64,000 bases of DNA from an uncultured Muribaculaceae bacterium (GTDB lineage: Bacteria; Bacillota_I; Bacilli_A; RF39; UBA660), in assembly GCA_964417835.1 (NCBI GenBank), contig CAYQJD010000001.1, positions 2,888 to 66,887 of the forward strand, given 5' to 3'. The position numbers and the translations under genes were made by a program. Positions 54,875 through 64,000 of this stretch are shown one piece after another; position 1 is the stretch's first letter; each line of letters begins with the position of its first letter. The notes under the pieces are model-generated. The model saw nothing but the letters and a program-made list of their open reading frames with translations. It made no database searches and was not told the DNA's origin.

Positions 54875-57289
54875 TTAACTGTCTTCGATTTCTAACTCAA
54901 TATTATCTATTTTATAATCGTCTTTAATTTGATTTAATTTTAAATTTTGAATAGTCAAAGTTGCTTTAAAATCTTTAATAGATTTTTTGATTGCATCTTC
55001 TAATTCTTCATTTACACTTATTTCAAAATTCTTAATTGGTGTTTTTAGTGAAACGTTATTATTTGTTTTTTCGCCTCTAGCCTGACTGATTATATCAATT
55101 ATTTTATCTCCATTTTTAATCTCATCTTTAAAATCAAAGTTTAATGGATTAATTTTTGTTAAATGAATAGATTTTGCATCATGATATAACTCTTGATAAA
55201 TTTCTTCAGTGATAAATGGAAAGAAAATACTAAAATCTTGTAATAACTTATAAAGTAAAGTATAAATTGTTTTTTGACCAGAATATCTTGGTATTTCACC
55301 AAATTCTTCAGGCCTATATAATCTATGTTTAACAATTTCTATATAGTTATCACAGAAATTCCAAAAGAATTTTTCGAGAGTATTTAATGCAAGTCCTACT
55401 TCGTATTCATCAAGGTATTTTATAAATCCTGATTCCATTTCTTGATATTTACCTAGTATCCATTTATCAATATATTCGAAAGTTTCAAACTCTTTATTTT
55501 CATAATCAGATAAATGCATTTCAATAAATTTTGCTACATTCCATAGTTTATTTACTAATTTACGTCCTCTAAGAAGAGTTTCTTCACTAAATACTATATC
55601 TGTACCAAGTCTCCCTGATCCAGCCCAATAACGAATTACATCAGCAGAATACTCTTTAATTAAGTCCATTGGCTCTATTTTACTATTTCCTTTACTCTTA
55701 CTTATCTTTTCGCCTTTGCTAGCCATAACAAAACCAGAAATCATTACATTATCCCAAGGACGAGTATTATAATGATAAAAACTCTTAACGATAGTATAAA
55801 AATCCCAAGTTCTAATTATTTCTGAAGCATTAGTTCTTATACTCATTGGTTTTAAAAATGATTCGTAATTATCTTTTTCACCATATCGCATATTTATTAA
55901 AGGTGTTACTGAAGAGGTTGCCCATGTATCCATGACATCTGTTTCTGGAATAAATTCTTTACAACCACATTTACAAGAATCAATATGAGGTTTATCTATT
56001 AATGGATTTACTGGTAAATCTTCTATTCTTGCAAATACTGGTTCTCCACAATCTTTACAATACCAAACTGGGAATGGTACACCAAAATATCTTTGTCTTG
56101 AAATACACCAATCCCACATAATATTTTCTACCCATTCATTGTATCTACTCTTCATGTGTTCTGGATGCCATTTTATTTCAGAACCAATCCTCAAGAAATC
56201 CTCTTTATGATTCATAATATCAATGAACCATTGTTTCATTACAGAATATTCTACTTCTTTGCCACATCTTTCATGTGTTTGTACTTCATGTTCTAATTCT
56301 TCAATTTTAACTACAAATCCTCCAGCAGTTAAATCTTCTATAATTTTTTTTCTAGCTTCTTTAATTTTTAAGCCACCATAATTTGGTACTTCATCAATTA
56401 TTCTTCCATTTTTTGTAAAAATGTATTTAAGAGGTAAATTATATTTTTTCCACCATTCTATATCTGTTTGATCTCCAAAGGTACAACACATAACTACTCC
56501 TGTACCCTTGTCAATAGCAACACGCTCATCTGCCATAATTGGAACATCAACATTTATAACTGGGATATGGGCTGTTTTACCAATTAAAGACTTGTGTACT
56601 TCATCATTAGGATTTACAAAGACACAAACAATAGCCGGTAACAACTCTGGTCTAGTTGTTGCAATAGTGAATTCTTCATTATCTTCAACAGTTTTAAAAT
56701 TTATATAATTAAAAGTTGTTTTAATTGTTTTTGTTTCAAGTTCTGCTTGAGCGATTGAAGTTAAACATTCATTACACCAAAGTGCTGGGCTTTCCTTATG
56801 ATAACAATGTTTTTTACTAATCAAATCTAAAAATGAAGCTTGACTAATTTTAATAGTAGATGGACTTACTGTTTTATAATGAATATTCCAATCTGTGCTA
56901 ACTCCCATCTTACTAAATAATTCTTGGAATTCAGCTTCATATTTATCTGTTGTTTCATAGCATAATTTTGAGAATTCTTCTCTACCTATTTCGTGAGCCT
57001 TTTTCCCTTGCTCTTTTTCAACTAGTCTCTCGCTTGGTAAACCATTATCATCAAATCCAAAAGGGTAAAAAATATTGAACCCTCTTAATCTTTTATATCT
57101 TGCAATCATTTCTGTTTGAGAATAAGAAAATATGTGCCCTATATGAATTTTTCCATTAACAGTTGGAGGAGGGGTATCAATCGAAAATACTTCTCTTTGG
57201 TCTGGTTTAAATTCATAAATTTTATTTTCTTTCCAATATTCTAACCATTTTTGTTCTTTTTCTTGAGCATTATACTTTTTATCTAACAT
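54875..57289 (-). CDS. Class I aminoacyl-tRNA ligase with editing domain, ValS/IleS-like (atypically short, 804 aa)
   Basis: PPPTVNGKIHIGH (HIGH), KISKS (KMSKS), CP1 editing-domain blocks (WCNECLTS.AQAELE, ATTRPELL, GTGVVMC) and a C-terminal anticodon-binding region. Lacks the C-terminal coiled-coil of canonical ValS. GFDDNGLPSE is unusual for ValS. Confidence 0.6.
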   Translation of the reverse strand: MLDKKYNAQEKEQKWLEYWKENKIYEFKPDQREVFSIDTPPPTVNGKIHIGHIFSYSQTEMIARYKRLRGFNIFYPFGFDDNGLPSERLVEKEQGKKAHEIGREEFSKLCYETTDKYEAEFQELFSKMGVSTDWNIHYKTVSPSTIKISQASFLDLISKKHCYHKESPALWCNECLTSIAQAELETKTIKTTFNYINFKTVEDNEEFTIATTRPELLPAIVCVFVNPNDEVHKSLIGKTAHIPVINVDVPIMADERVAIDKGTGVVMCCTFGDQTDIEWWKKYNLPLKYIFTKNGRIIDEVPNYGGLKIKEARKKIIEDLTAGGFVVKIEELEHEVQTHERCGKEVEYSVMKQWFIDIMNHKEDFLRIGSEIKWHPEHMKSRYNEWVENIMWDWCISRQRYFGVPFPVWYCKDCGEPVFARIEDLPVNPLIDKPHIDSCKCGCKEFIPETDVMDTWATSSVTPLINMRYGEKDNYESFLKPMSIRTNASEIIRTWDFYTIVKSFYHYNTRPWDNVMISGFVMASKGEKISKSKGNSKIEPMDLIKEYSADVIRYWAGSGRLGTDIVFSEETLLRGRKLVNKLWNVAKFIEMHLSDYENKEFETFEYIDKWILGKYQEMESGFIKYLDEYEVGLALNTLEKFFWNFCDNYIEIVKHRLYRPEEFGEIPRYSGQKTIYTLLYKLLQDFSIFFPFITEEIYQELYHDAKSIHLTKINPLNFDFKDEIKNGDKIIDIISQARGEKTNNNVSLKTPIKNFEISVNEELEDAIKKSIKDFKATLTIQNLKLNQIKDDYKIDNIELEIEDS

Positions 57290-57290
57290 A

Positions 57291-57953
57291 CTAATCTTCT
57301 CCTTTTAAATTCATAATTTCTAAATATTTTTTTTCAGTAATTTTTTGAATATCTTCTATCAAACTTTCAAAAATATAATTATCTTTATATAATGGCTTAT
57401 CATATTCTATCCAAAAATCACTTGCTGTTTTTGCTTTTGATGCAATTAAATCTGCATGTTCACCATAATATTTTAAATCTTCACTTGTCTTGTCATAATC
57501 CATAACATTTTCTAAATCATAAATTTTTGCTTGAAAATCGCATTCAATTTTATCAACTAATTGACAAAATTGTGCCTCTTTAGTAGTTTTATCATTAAAC
57601 TCATTTAATAATTTTTCAAACTCTTCTTGATTGATTAATCCCATCGTTGCAATATGAACACAGTTTCTGCCAAGTTCTATTTTTTCTTTTTTTGTTATAT
57701 TTGATCTAACCGTAAAATCTGGCATAAGAGTTTCTTCTAATTCATGGAGTGTTAACATTTTTAATATTGTTTCCATATTAAGATCTAATTTATATTCACT
57801 AATTATTGATATTGCAATAATTAAAGTTCCATAAATATGTTCTGCAACAGATTCTGTTCTCTTTTTATTTATACCAATTTCAACAAAACCAGTCCTAAGT
57901 TTTTCTTTTAATTTTGTTGCTATTATATAAAATCTTATAATATTACTATTCAT
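57291..57953 (-). CDS. HD-domain phosphohydrolase, YfbR-like 5'-deoxynucleotidase family
   Basis: Alignable to YfbR by motif (RTESVAEH..., LTLHELEETLMPD, QLVDKIE). Carries HE in place of the HD dyad. Overlaps the tRNA ligase start. Confidence 0.6.
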   Translation of the reverse strand: MNSNIIRFYIIATKLKEKLRTGFVEIGINKKRTESVAEHIYGTLIIAISIISEYKLDLNMETILKMLTLHELEETLMPDFTVRSNITKKEKIELGRNCVHIATMGLINQEEFEKLLNEFNDKTTKEAQFCQLVDKIECDFQAKIYDLENVMDYDKTSEDLKYYGEHADLIASKAKTASDFWIEYDKPLYKDNYIFESLIEDIQKITEKKYLEIMNLKGED

Positions 57954-58196
57954 GAATTATCTCCTTTTATAAAATAAAAAAGACTCAAATCCAAAGGACG
58001 CAAGTCTTACGTGGTACCACCTTATTTTTTCTCATTTGATTTAACGCAATCATACGCACTATCTTACTTTGTTCAAACAGCGAACTCCCTAGCTACATTC
58101 AATTATTTATAATTATTAGTTCTCAGCAATCACTAACTCTCTTAAAATTTAAATAATTTACTCCTCTAGTTCTTTGTTTCTATATTTTATATTATA
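57954..58196 (-). promoter_or_regulatory. T-box riboswitch leader with promoter (TTGTAA-17-TATAAT), AG box, F box, T-box sequence and terminator/antiterminator
   Basis: Minus-strand reading gives AAGGTGGTACCACG (the T-box AGGGTGGNACCGCG) at + strand 58010..58023. The terminator hairpin is at 57980..58008 plus a U-tract. Upstream are GCGTTAAA (F-box-like) and AAAGTAAG (AG box). Stem I base is GAACU/AGUUC. Confidence 0.65.
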
Positions 58197-58373
58197 AATG
58201 AAAAAATTTCTTTTTACAACTGATTTTGTCCCTTTTTATATAATCTTATATAAACAATAAGCTTCTAAAAATGCAATATCATTTTTTACTTTTTAAATTC
58301 AATGTTTAAAAATTTTTTCATTGAGTTTAAATAAAATATATTATATAATATTTAAGAATAAGGAGTTGGTTAA

Positions 58374-59783
58374 ATGAATGATAATTTTCTTTATAGTGAT
58401 ATAATATCTTCAAGTAATGATGTTAACAATGTGAACGACAACTCTAATACTTTTATAAAAACTTTTGATTACGAAAACGTTGCAATAACAGATATAGTTA
58501 ATACAATTATTTTAGATTCAATTAGTAAACGTGCTTCAGATATTCATTTTAATCCTACTGAAAATGGTATAGATATTAGAATAAGAATTGACGGAGAGTT
58601 AAGAAACTATACTAGAGTGCCAGACTATGTGAAAAAAAATATGATAACAAGAGTAAAAATATTGGCTGGTATGAATATAACTGAAAGCAGAATACCACAG
58701 GATGGTGCAATAAAACAAAAAATACAAGATCAAGATGTAGATTTGCGTGTAAGTTCGTTACCTACTAATATGGGAGAAAATATTGTTATTCGTATATTAG
58801 ATTATACTATGAGTAGTCAAGGAATTGAAACTTTAGGATTTAATGAAATAAATTTAACAAAATTAAATAAAATGATATCTGAACCTAATGGTATAATTTT
58901 AGTAACAGGTGCAACTGGATCAGGTAAATCAACAACTGTTTATTCTATTTTACAAAAATTAAATACAATTGAAAGAAATATAATAACTGTAGAAGATCCT
59001 ATAGAAATGAATATACCTGGAATCAATCAAGTACAAGTAATAAGTGATATAGGTCTTACTTTTGCTGCAAGTTTAAGAAGTATTCTACGTCAAGACCCTG
59101 ATATTGTAATGATTGGAGAAATAAGAGATGATGAAACAGCTCGAATTGCAGTTAGAGCATCAATAACAGGACATTTAGTTTTATCTACAATACATACAAA
59201 TAGTGCTTTAAATACAATTGAAAGATTATTAGATATGAGCATTGAAAGATACTTATTAGGTACAGCTTTAACTGGAATTATAAGTCAAAAATTAACAAAA
59301 AAGCTTTGTCCTTATTGTAGAGGAACTAGAGAGACAACACCATATGAAAAAGAAGTTTTTAAAAACAGTCTTAATCTAGACATCCATGAAATATATGAAG
59401 CAAAAGGATGCGAGAAATGTCATAATGGCTTTTCAGGCCGTATTGCAATTCATGAAGTTTTATTATTAAATCAAGAAATAAGAGATGCAATAACAAATAA
59501 TATAAAAAAAGAAGAGTTAAGAGATTTAGTATATAGTTCTGGAACAATTACTATGCTACAAGACGGATTAACAAAAGTTATAAACGGAGATACTACATTC
59601 GAAGAATTAATGAAGGCTATAGACATAGATGATTCTGATTTAACTAGTAAAGGTTTAACTGAATCATTAGAAATAGCTGAGAAAAACAAAGATGTCTTGA
59701 AAAATAATGATGAATTTAAAAAAATATCAGAAAAAAACGATGCAGACTATGAAGTATTCAATTTAGATTTTTTAAATCAATAA
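58374..59783 (+). CDS. GspE/PilB family secretion ATPase (type IV pilus / type II secretion / competence-type)
   Basis: Walker A VTGATGSGKSTT, Asp box, Walker B, His box, and the tetracysteine motif CPYC...CEKC. 469 aa with a shortened N-terminal domain. No pilin, PilC or prepilin peptidase gene is adjacent. Confidence 0.8.
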   Translation: MNDNFLYSDIISSSNDVNNVNDNSNTFIKTFDYENVAITDIVNTIILDSISKRASDIHFNPTENGIDIRIRIDGELRNYTRVPDYVKKNMITRVKILAGMNITESRIPQDGAIKQKIQDQDVDLRVSSLPTNMGENIVIRILDYTMSSQGIETLGFNEINLTKLNKMISEPNGIILVTGATGSGKSTTVYSILQKLNTIERNIITVEDPIEMNIPGINQVQVISDIGLTFAASLRSILRQDPDIVMIGEIRDDETARIAVRASITGHLVLSTIHTNSALNTIERLLDMSIERYLLGTALTGIISQKLTKKLCPYCRGTRETTPYEKEVFKNSLNLDIHEIYEAKGCEKCHNGFSGRIAIHEVLLLNQEIRDAITNNIKKEELRDLVYSSGTITMLQDGLTKVINGDTTFEELMKAIDIDDSDLTSKGLTESLEIAEKNKDVLKNNDEFKKISEKNDADYEVFNLDFLNQ

Positions 59784-59794
59784 AACAAGCATTA

Positions 59795-60949
59795 TTATAA
59801 TTGCTTGTTATTTTTTTTATTTGATATAAAAGTTTCTTTTAATAATGGATTATTTATATTTATTTTACTATTCATATAAAGAATTAAGTTATTATCAATT
59901 TCACTAGATATATTTAATATATCTAGTCCATCAATTTGATGGACTAATCTTAAAAAAGTCCTTATAAACTTTTCTGTTAAATTATACTGAATTGTTTCAT
60001 GTTTTCTTATTTCTTTATCAATCGAATCATTAATATCTTTTATTAAAGATTCAGCTTTATTAGCATTCGCTGCCTCTTTAATTTCCTTAATTAAAATTTG
60101 CCGTTTATACTCATAAGATAGTTCTTTTGCATTCCATCTTGTAATTAAAATACTAGGCACTATTATTTTACTTATCCCCATGTCATGAAAAATACCTAAT
60201 GCAATGTTAAGAGCAAGCAAAAAACTAGGAGTTATATCTTTTAAATTACCTTCTTCATATTTCTCAAAATTATCCTCAAAAGAATCAAAACCTTCATTTA
60301 CTTTATATAATGCTCTTCTAATAGTTTTTTGATACTTATTATTTTCAGAGTTAGCTTTCTTTTCATTTTGTATAGCATAAATATAAACTTCTTCATTATT
60401 AATACCATAATATATCAATGGTAAATAATATTTAAAATTTTCATATTCAAGAGTTATTCTTAAACAAAATGGAGTTTCATGATAAAATGTTTTTTTTAGA
60501 TTTTCTACTCTTATATTACTTTTCAATATTTCACTATATCCTAATGTACTGCCTCCATCAAAACTACATAGTTTGTTTTCAAAAAAAGATATTCTATTCT
60601 TTAAAAAAATTGTAGGATTTTGAAAATCTTCAACTGTAGCATTACTCCATAACAACGCCATAATTTTTTTGTATTTGTTTCTCTGTTCATCTAATGAAGC
60701 ATTGAAATCGTCTTTTAAACCATAAAATTTTATTGCTATAGATACATACTGTATTAACAAATCATCAAAATTTTTTTTATCTTTTATATAAAGTGTTGGA
60801 ATTAAAATATTGTTATTTGTTACAGAAGATTTAATATCAATATCAATCTCTGGTATAAGAGTATTAAAAGCAATTGCAAAATAATCACCACATTCTATCT
60901 TACCTTTAGCCGCTTCGAATATAATATCATTATAGAATATATCTAACAT
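59795..60949 (-). CDS. Hypothetical protein (384 aa) immediately downstream of mutS
   Basis: Intact ORF 5 nt after the mutS stop codon. Lacks the GHKL ATPase motifs of MutL. No recognisable domain. Confidence 0.4.
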   Translation of the reverse strand: MLDIFYNDIIFEAAKGKIECGDYFAIAFNTLIPEIDIDIKSSVTNNNILIPTLYIKDKKNFDDLLIQYVSIAIKFYGLKDDFNASLDEQRNKYKKIMALLWSNATVEDFQNPTIFLKNRISFFENKLCSFDGGSTLGYSEILKSNIRVENLKKTFYHETPFCLRITLEYENFKYYLPLIYYGINNEEVYIYAIQNEKKANSENNKYQKTIRRALYKVNEGFDSFEDNFEKYEEGNLKDITPSFLLALNIALGIFHDMGISKIIVPSILITRWNAKELSYEYKRQILIKEIKEAANANKAESLIKDINDSIDKEIRKHETIQYNLTEKFIRTFLRLVHQIDGLDILNISSEIDNNLILYMNSKININNPLLKETFISNKKNNKQL

Positions 60950-60954
60950 AAAAA

Positions 60955-63486
60955 TTACCCTTCTTTTGAAATTTCTTTTAATTTATATAATATATTAATA
61001 GCATCTATTGGAGTTATATTAAGTATATCAATATTATCTATCTCTTCTTTTAATTTATTATCATTTTTAAAATCAAAACTCATCTGTGTAGTTAATTCTT
61101 TTTTTGAATTGTTATTTTGCTCGTACTTATTTAGAATCTCTTCTGCTCTTTTTATTACAATATCTGGCATATTAGCAAGACTTGCAACATGTATGCCATA
61201 ACTTTTATCAACAGCCCCAGGTAATACTTTATGTAAAAATGTAATTACACCATTTTTTTCTATCGCTTCTACATGGACATTTTTTATTGTTTTATGAGTT
61301 TCTTCTAGACTAGTTAACTCATGATAATGAGTAGAAAATAAAGTTTTACATTTAATTTTTTCTGTTGAATATTCTAAAATTGATTGAGCAATACTTAGTC
61401 CATCATAAGTTGCGGTTCCTCTACCTAACTCATCAAATAAAATTAAACTCTTATCAGTAGCATTTGATATAGCATTTTTTGCCTCTAACATTTCAACCAT
61501 AAATGTAGATTCTCCACCAACTAAATCATCGCTTGCACCAATTCTTGTAAATATTGAATCAAATATAGGTAATATAGCACTCTTTGCTGGAACAAATGAG
61601 CCCATTTGAGCGAGAATAATTGTAATTGCAAATTGCCTCATATAGGTACTTTTTCCACTCATATTTGGCCCAGTTATTAATAATGTATTAGTATCTTCAT
61701 CCATAACAATATCATTTTTTACATATTCTTTTTTACTAACAAACTCTACAACTGGATGAAATCCATCAATAATTTCAACTTTTTTATTTTCTACTAAATG
61801 AGGCCTTACTAATTTATATTCCTCACTTACAATAGATAATGATGAATATGCATCTAATAAGCTTAATATATAAGCAGTTTTTTTTAATCCTATTATAGAT
61901 TCTTTAATTTTGTTTTTTATTTCAAGAAATAGTTCATATTCTAATTCTACTATTCTTTCTTCAGCATTTAAAACTAACGCTTCTTTTTCTTTTAATAATG
62001 GTGTAATAAACCTTTCAGCATTTGTTAATGTTTGTCTTCTCTCCCACCCATATTCTTCTTTTATCTTATCTAATTGACCTTTACTAACTTCAATATAATA
62101 TCCAAAGATCTTATTAAATCCAACTTTCAAATTATTTATACCAGTTTTCTCTCGTTCACTTTGTTCTAAAGTACTAATAAATTCTTTTCCACCACTTCTA
62201 AGTGTTTTTAATTCATCTAATTCAGCATTATAACCGCTTTTTATTAAATTACCTTCTTTTATAGTTATAGGGGGTTCTTCATAAATACTTTTTTCTAATA
62301 ATTCAAATAAATCTTTATGATCTTCAATATCATATTTTAAACCTAAATCTTTTATTAAATTAATAATAGTCGGTAAAACTTTTAAAGATTTTTTTATTTG
62401 TAATACATCTCGAGCATTTAATGAACCACATGTAACTTTACCACATAGTCTTTCTAAGTCATATACTTCATACAAACAGTTTCTTAATTCTTCTCTTAAC
62501 AAAAAGTTTTCATTAAACTTATCTATCAAATCAAGTCTTTCATTTATCAAATTAATATCTTTTAAAGGATGTAACATCATATTCTTTAATGTTCTAGATC
62601 CCATTGCAGTTTTCGTTTTATCTAAAAGCCATATTAAACTATATTGTCTTTCTTTTAACCTTAAAGTTTCAAATAATTCTAGATTTCTAATAGTATGAAT
62701 ATCTAAATTTAAATAATTATCTTTTTTTACTATATTTATTTCTGACATATGAGATAGATCATTTAATTCTATAGCTGACAAGTAATAAAATAAATGTCTA
62801 ACTCCAGATACAACTTTCTCATCATTAATATTTTTATATACATCAGAATACTCATTATATAATTCTTTATCACTTATAGTAATATTTATATTATAATTAT
62901 TTTTTAAACTATTTAATAAACTTAAATCAAAATCATTTTTAATTAATACTTCTTTTAAATTTATATTTAATATTTCATTAATTAATTTTTCTTTATCATG
63001 AATAAGTGTTTCCGAATACAAATTTCCTGTTGAAATATCTGCATAAGTTATAACATATTCATAATTATAATCTAAGATACTCCCAATATAATTTGTATCT
63101 TTACTATCTAAAAATTCTAAATCAACTAAAGTACCTTTGCTAAAAACTTGAACTACTCCTCTTTTTACCATGCCTTTTGTAGATTTAGGGTTTTCAAGTT
63201 GTTCAACTATTGCTACTTTATAAGATTTATTTACTAATTTTTCTATATAACTTTTAGCTGAATGATGAGGTACACCACACATTGGGACTCTTTCTTTAAT
63301 ACCTGCATTTTTACCTGTAAGAGTTAATTCTAATTCTCTACTAGCAATTTCCCCATCTTCAAAAAACAATTCATAAAAATCCCCTATTCTGTAAAATAAT
63401 AATACATCTTCATAATCTTTTTTTATATCTAAATATTGTTGCATCATAGGAGATAATTCATTATAATTTACTTCATTTCTTTTCAT
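60955..63486 (-). CDS. mutS: DNA mismatch repair protein MutS
   Basis: Mismatch-binding domain I with the GDFYELF (Phe-x-Glu) motif, Walker A GPNMSGKST, and the ABC-like signature ST.MVEM. 843 aa. Confidence 0.93.
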   Translation of the reverse strand: MKRNEVNYNELSPMMQQYLDIKKDYEDVLLFYRIGDFYELFFEDGEIASRELELTLTGKNAGIKERVPMCGVPHHSAKSYIEKLVNKSYKVAIVEQLENPKSTKGMVKRGVVQVFSKGTLVDLEFLDSKDTNYIGSILDYNYEYVITYADISTGNLYSETLIHDKEKLINEILNINLKEVLIKNDFDLSLLNSLKNNYNINITISDKELYNEYSDVYKNINDEKVVSGVRHLFYYLSAIELNDLSHMSEINIVKKDNYLNLDIHTIRNLELFETLRLKERQYSLIWLLDKTKTAMGSRTLKNMMLHPLKDINLINERLDLIDKFNENFLLREELRNCLYEVYDLERLCGKVTCGSLNARDVLQIKKSLKVLPTIINLIKDLGLKYDIEDHKDLFELLEKSIYEEPPITIKEGNLIKSGYNAELDELKTLRSGGKEFISTLEQSEREKTGINNLKVGFNKIFGYYIEVSKGQLDKIKEEYGWERRQTLTNAERFITPLLKEKEALVLNAEERIVELEYELFLEIKNKIKESIIGLKKTAYILSLLDAYSSLSIVSEEYKLVRPHLVENKKVEIIDGFHPVVEFVSKKEYVKNDIVMDEDTNTLLITGPNMSGKSTYMRQFAITIILAQMGSFVPAKSAILPIFDSIFTRIGASDDLVGGESTFMVEMLEAKNAISNATDKSLILFDELGRGTATYDGLSIAQSILEYSTEKIKCKTLFSTHYHELTSLEETHKTIKNVHVEAIEKNGVITFLHKVLPGAVDKSYGIHVASLANMPDIVIKRAEEILNKYEQNNNSKKELTTQMSFDFKNDNKLKEEIDNIDILNITPIDAINILYKLKEISKEG

Positions 63487-63729
63487 ACAACCATCTCAAG
63501 ATTATATTATAACAAAAATTAATTATTTAGTTAATAAAGATTTAAAAAAAATAGCTTTTTCTAGCTATTTGTAGATCTCAAACTTTTTTAAATTTTCCTC
63601 TTCCTTAAAATATTCTTGCCAATTATAATAAACTTGATATTTTTTTATTAGTGCAATAAATTCTTTAAGTTCTTGTAATGTCATTTCATCTAAATTATTA
63701 TAGGCTAAATTATTAAAAGGAAACTTTTT

Positions 63730-63987
63730 TTAAAATTCTTTTTTTAATTGTGATCTTTTGTTTATACAATATAATATATCATCATTAAATGTAGCTTCTT
63801 GTTCTTCATTAATCATTTTATAAAAAAGATCAATACTTTGTTTATTCTCAATAAATAATTTGTTTTTATCTAAATCTTCTCTAGTTAAAATACCCTCCCT
63901 TATATTCATTAATGTTTTTAAACTCATCCCCAATAAAATAATACACAACCAATTGCTGAACAAATTATTTTCTGTTTTGTTATACAA
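63730..63987 (-). CDS. Hypothetical small protein (85 aa), possibly part of a frameshifted gene
   Basis: ORF only. A further 39-aa ORF (63562..63681) follows in another frame after a T7 homopolymer. Confidence 0.25.
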   Translation of the reverse strand: MYNKTENNLFSNWLCIILLGMSLKTLMNIREGILTREDLDKNKLFIENKQSIDLFYKMINEEQEATFNDDILYCINKRSQLKKEF

Positions 63988-64000
63988 ACTTATTGATATT

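Overview
This is a very AT-rich (about 25% GC) chromosomal window from an endospore-forming low-GC Firmicute. SpoIVA, a sortase, an LTA synthase, an LCP protein and a CIRCE/HrcA heat-shock operon are all present, so it looks Clostridia-like. The window is dense with conserved housekeeping genes: radC and mreC; spoIVA; priA; tRNA-Arg(TCT); hrcA-grpE-dnaK-(pepF)-dnaJ; pta and eno; rpoB and rpoC; argS; rseP and cdsA; ssb and a type II topoisomerase B subunit; a ValS/IleS-like aminoacyl-tRNA ligase behind a T-box leader; and mutS. Small accessory modules sit between them. I found no CRISPR array, prophage, transposase or integrase. The loci most worth follow-up are: (i) tandem paralogous membrane proteins, one of which carries a 7-copy 99-bp in-frame repeat array and a C-terminal zinc ribbon; (ii) mutS followed by an unrelated 384-aa protein where mutL normally sits; (iii) a T-box-controlled operon of an HD-domain protein plus an atypically short class I tRNA ligase; (iv) a TetR/ZIP/MacB-like ABC operon with a perfect palindromic candidate operator; (v) a sortase/surface-protein pair with a non-canonical sorting motif, wedged directly downstream of rpoC; (vi) an Flg_new surface-protein/LCP envelope cluster; (vii) an orphan PilB/GspE-like ATPase; and (viii) an M3 oligoendopeptidase inserted into the dnaK operon behind two CIRCE operators. 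All functional calls rest on motif-level recognition from the translated ORFs. No database search was possible.
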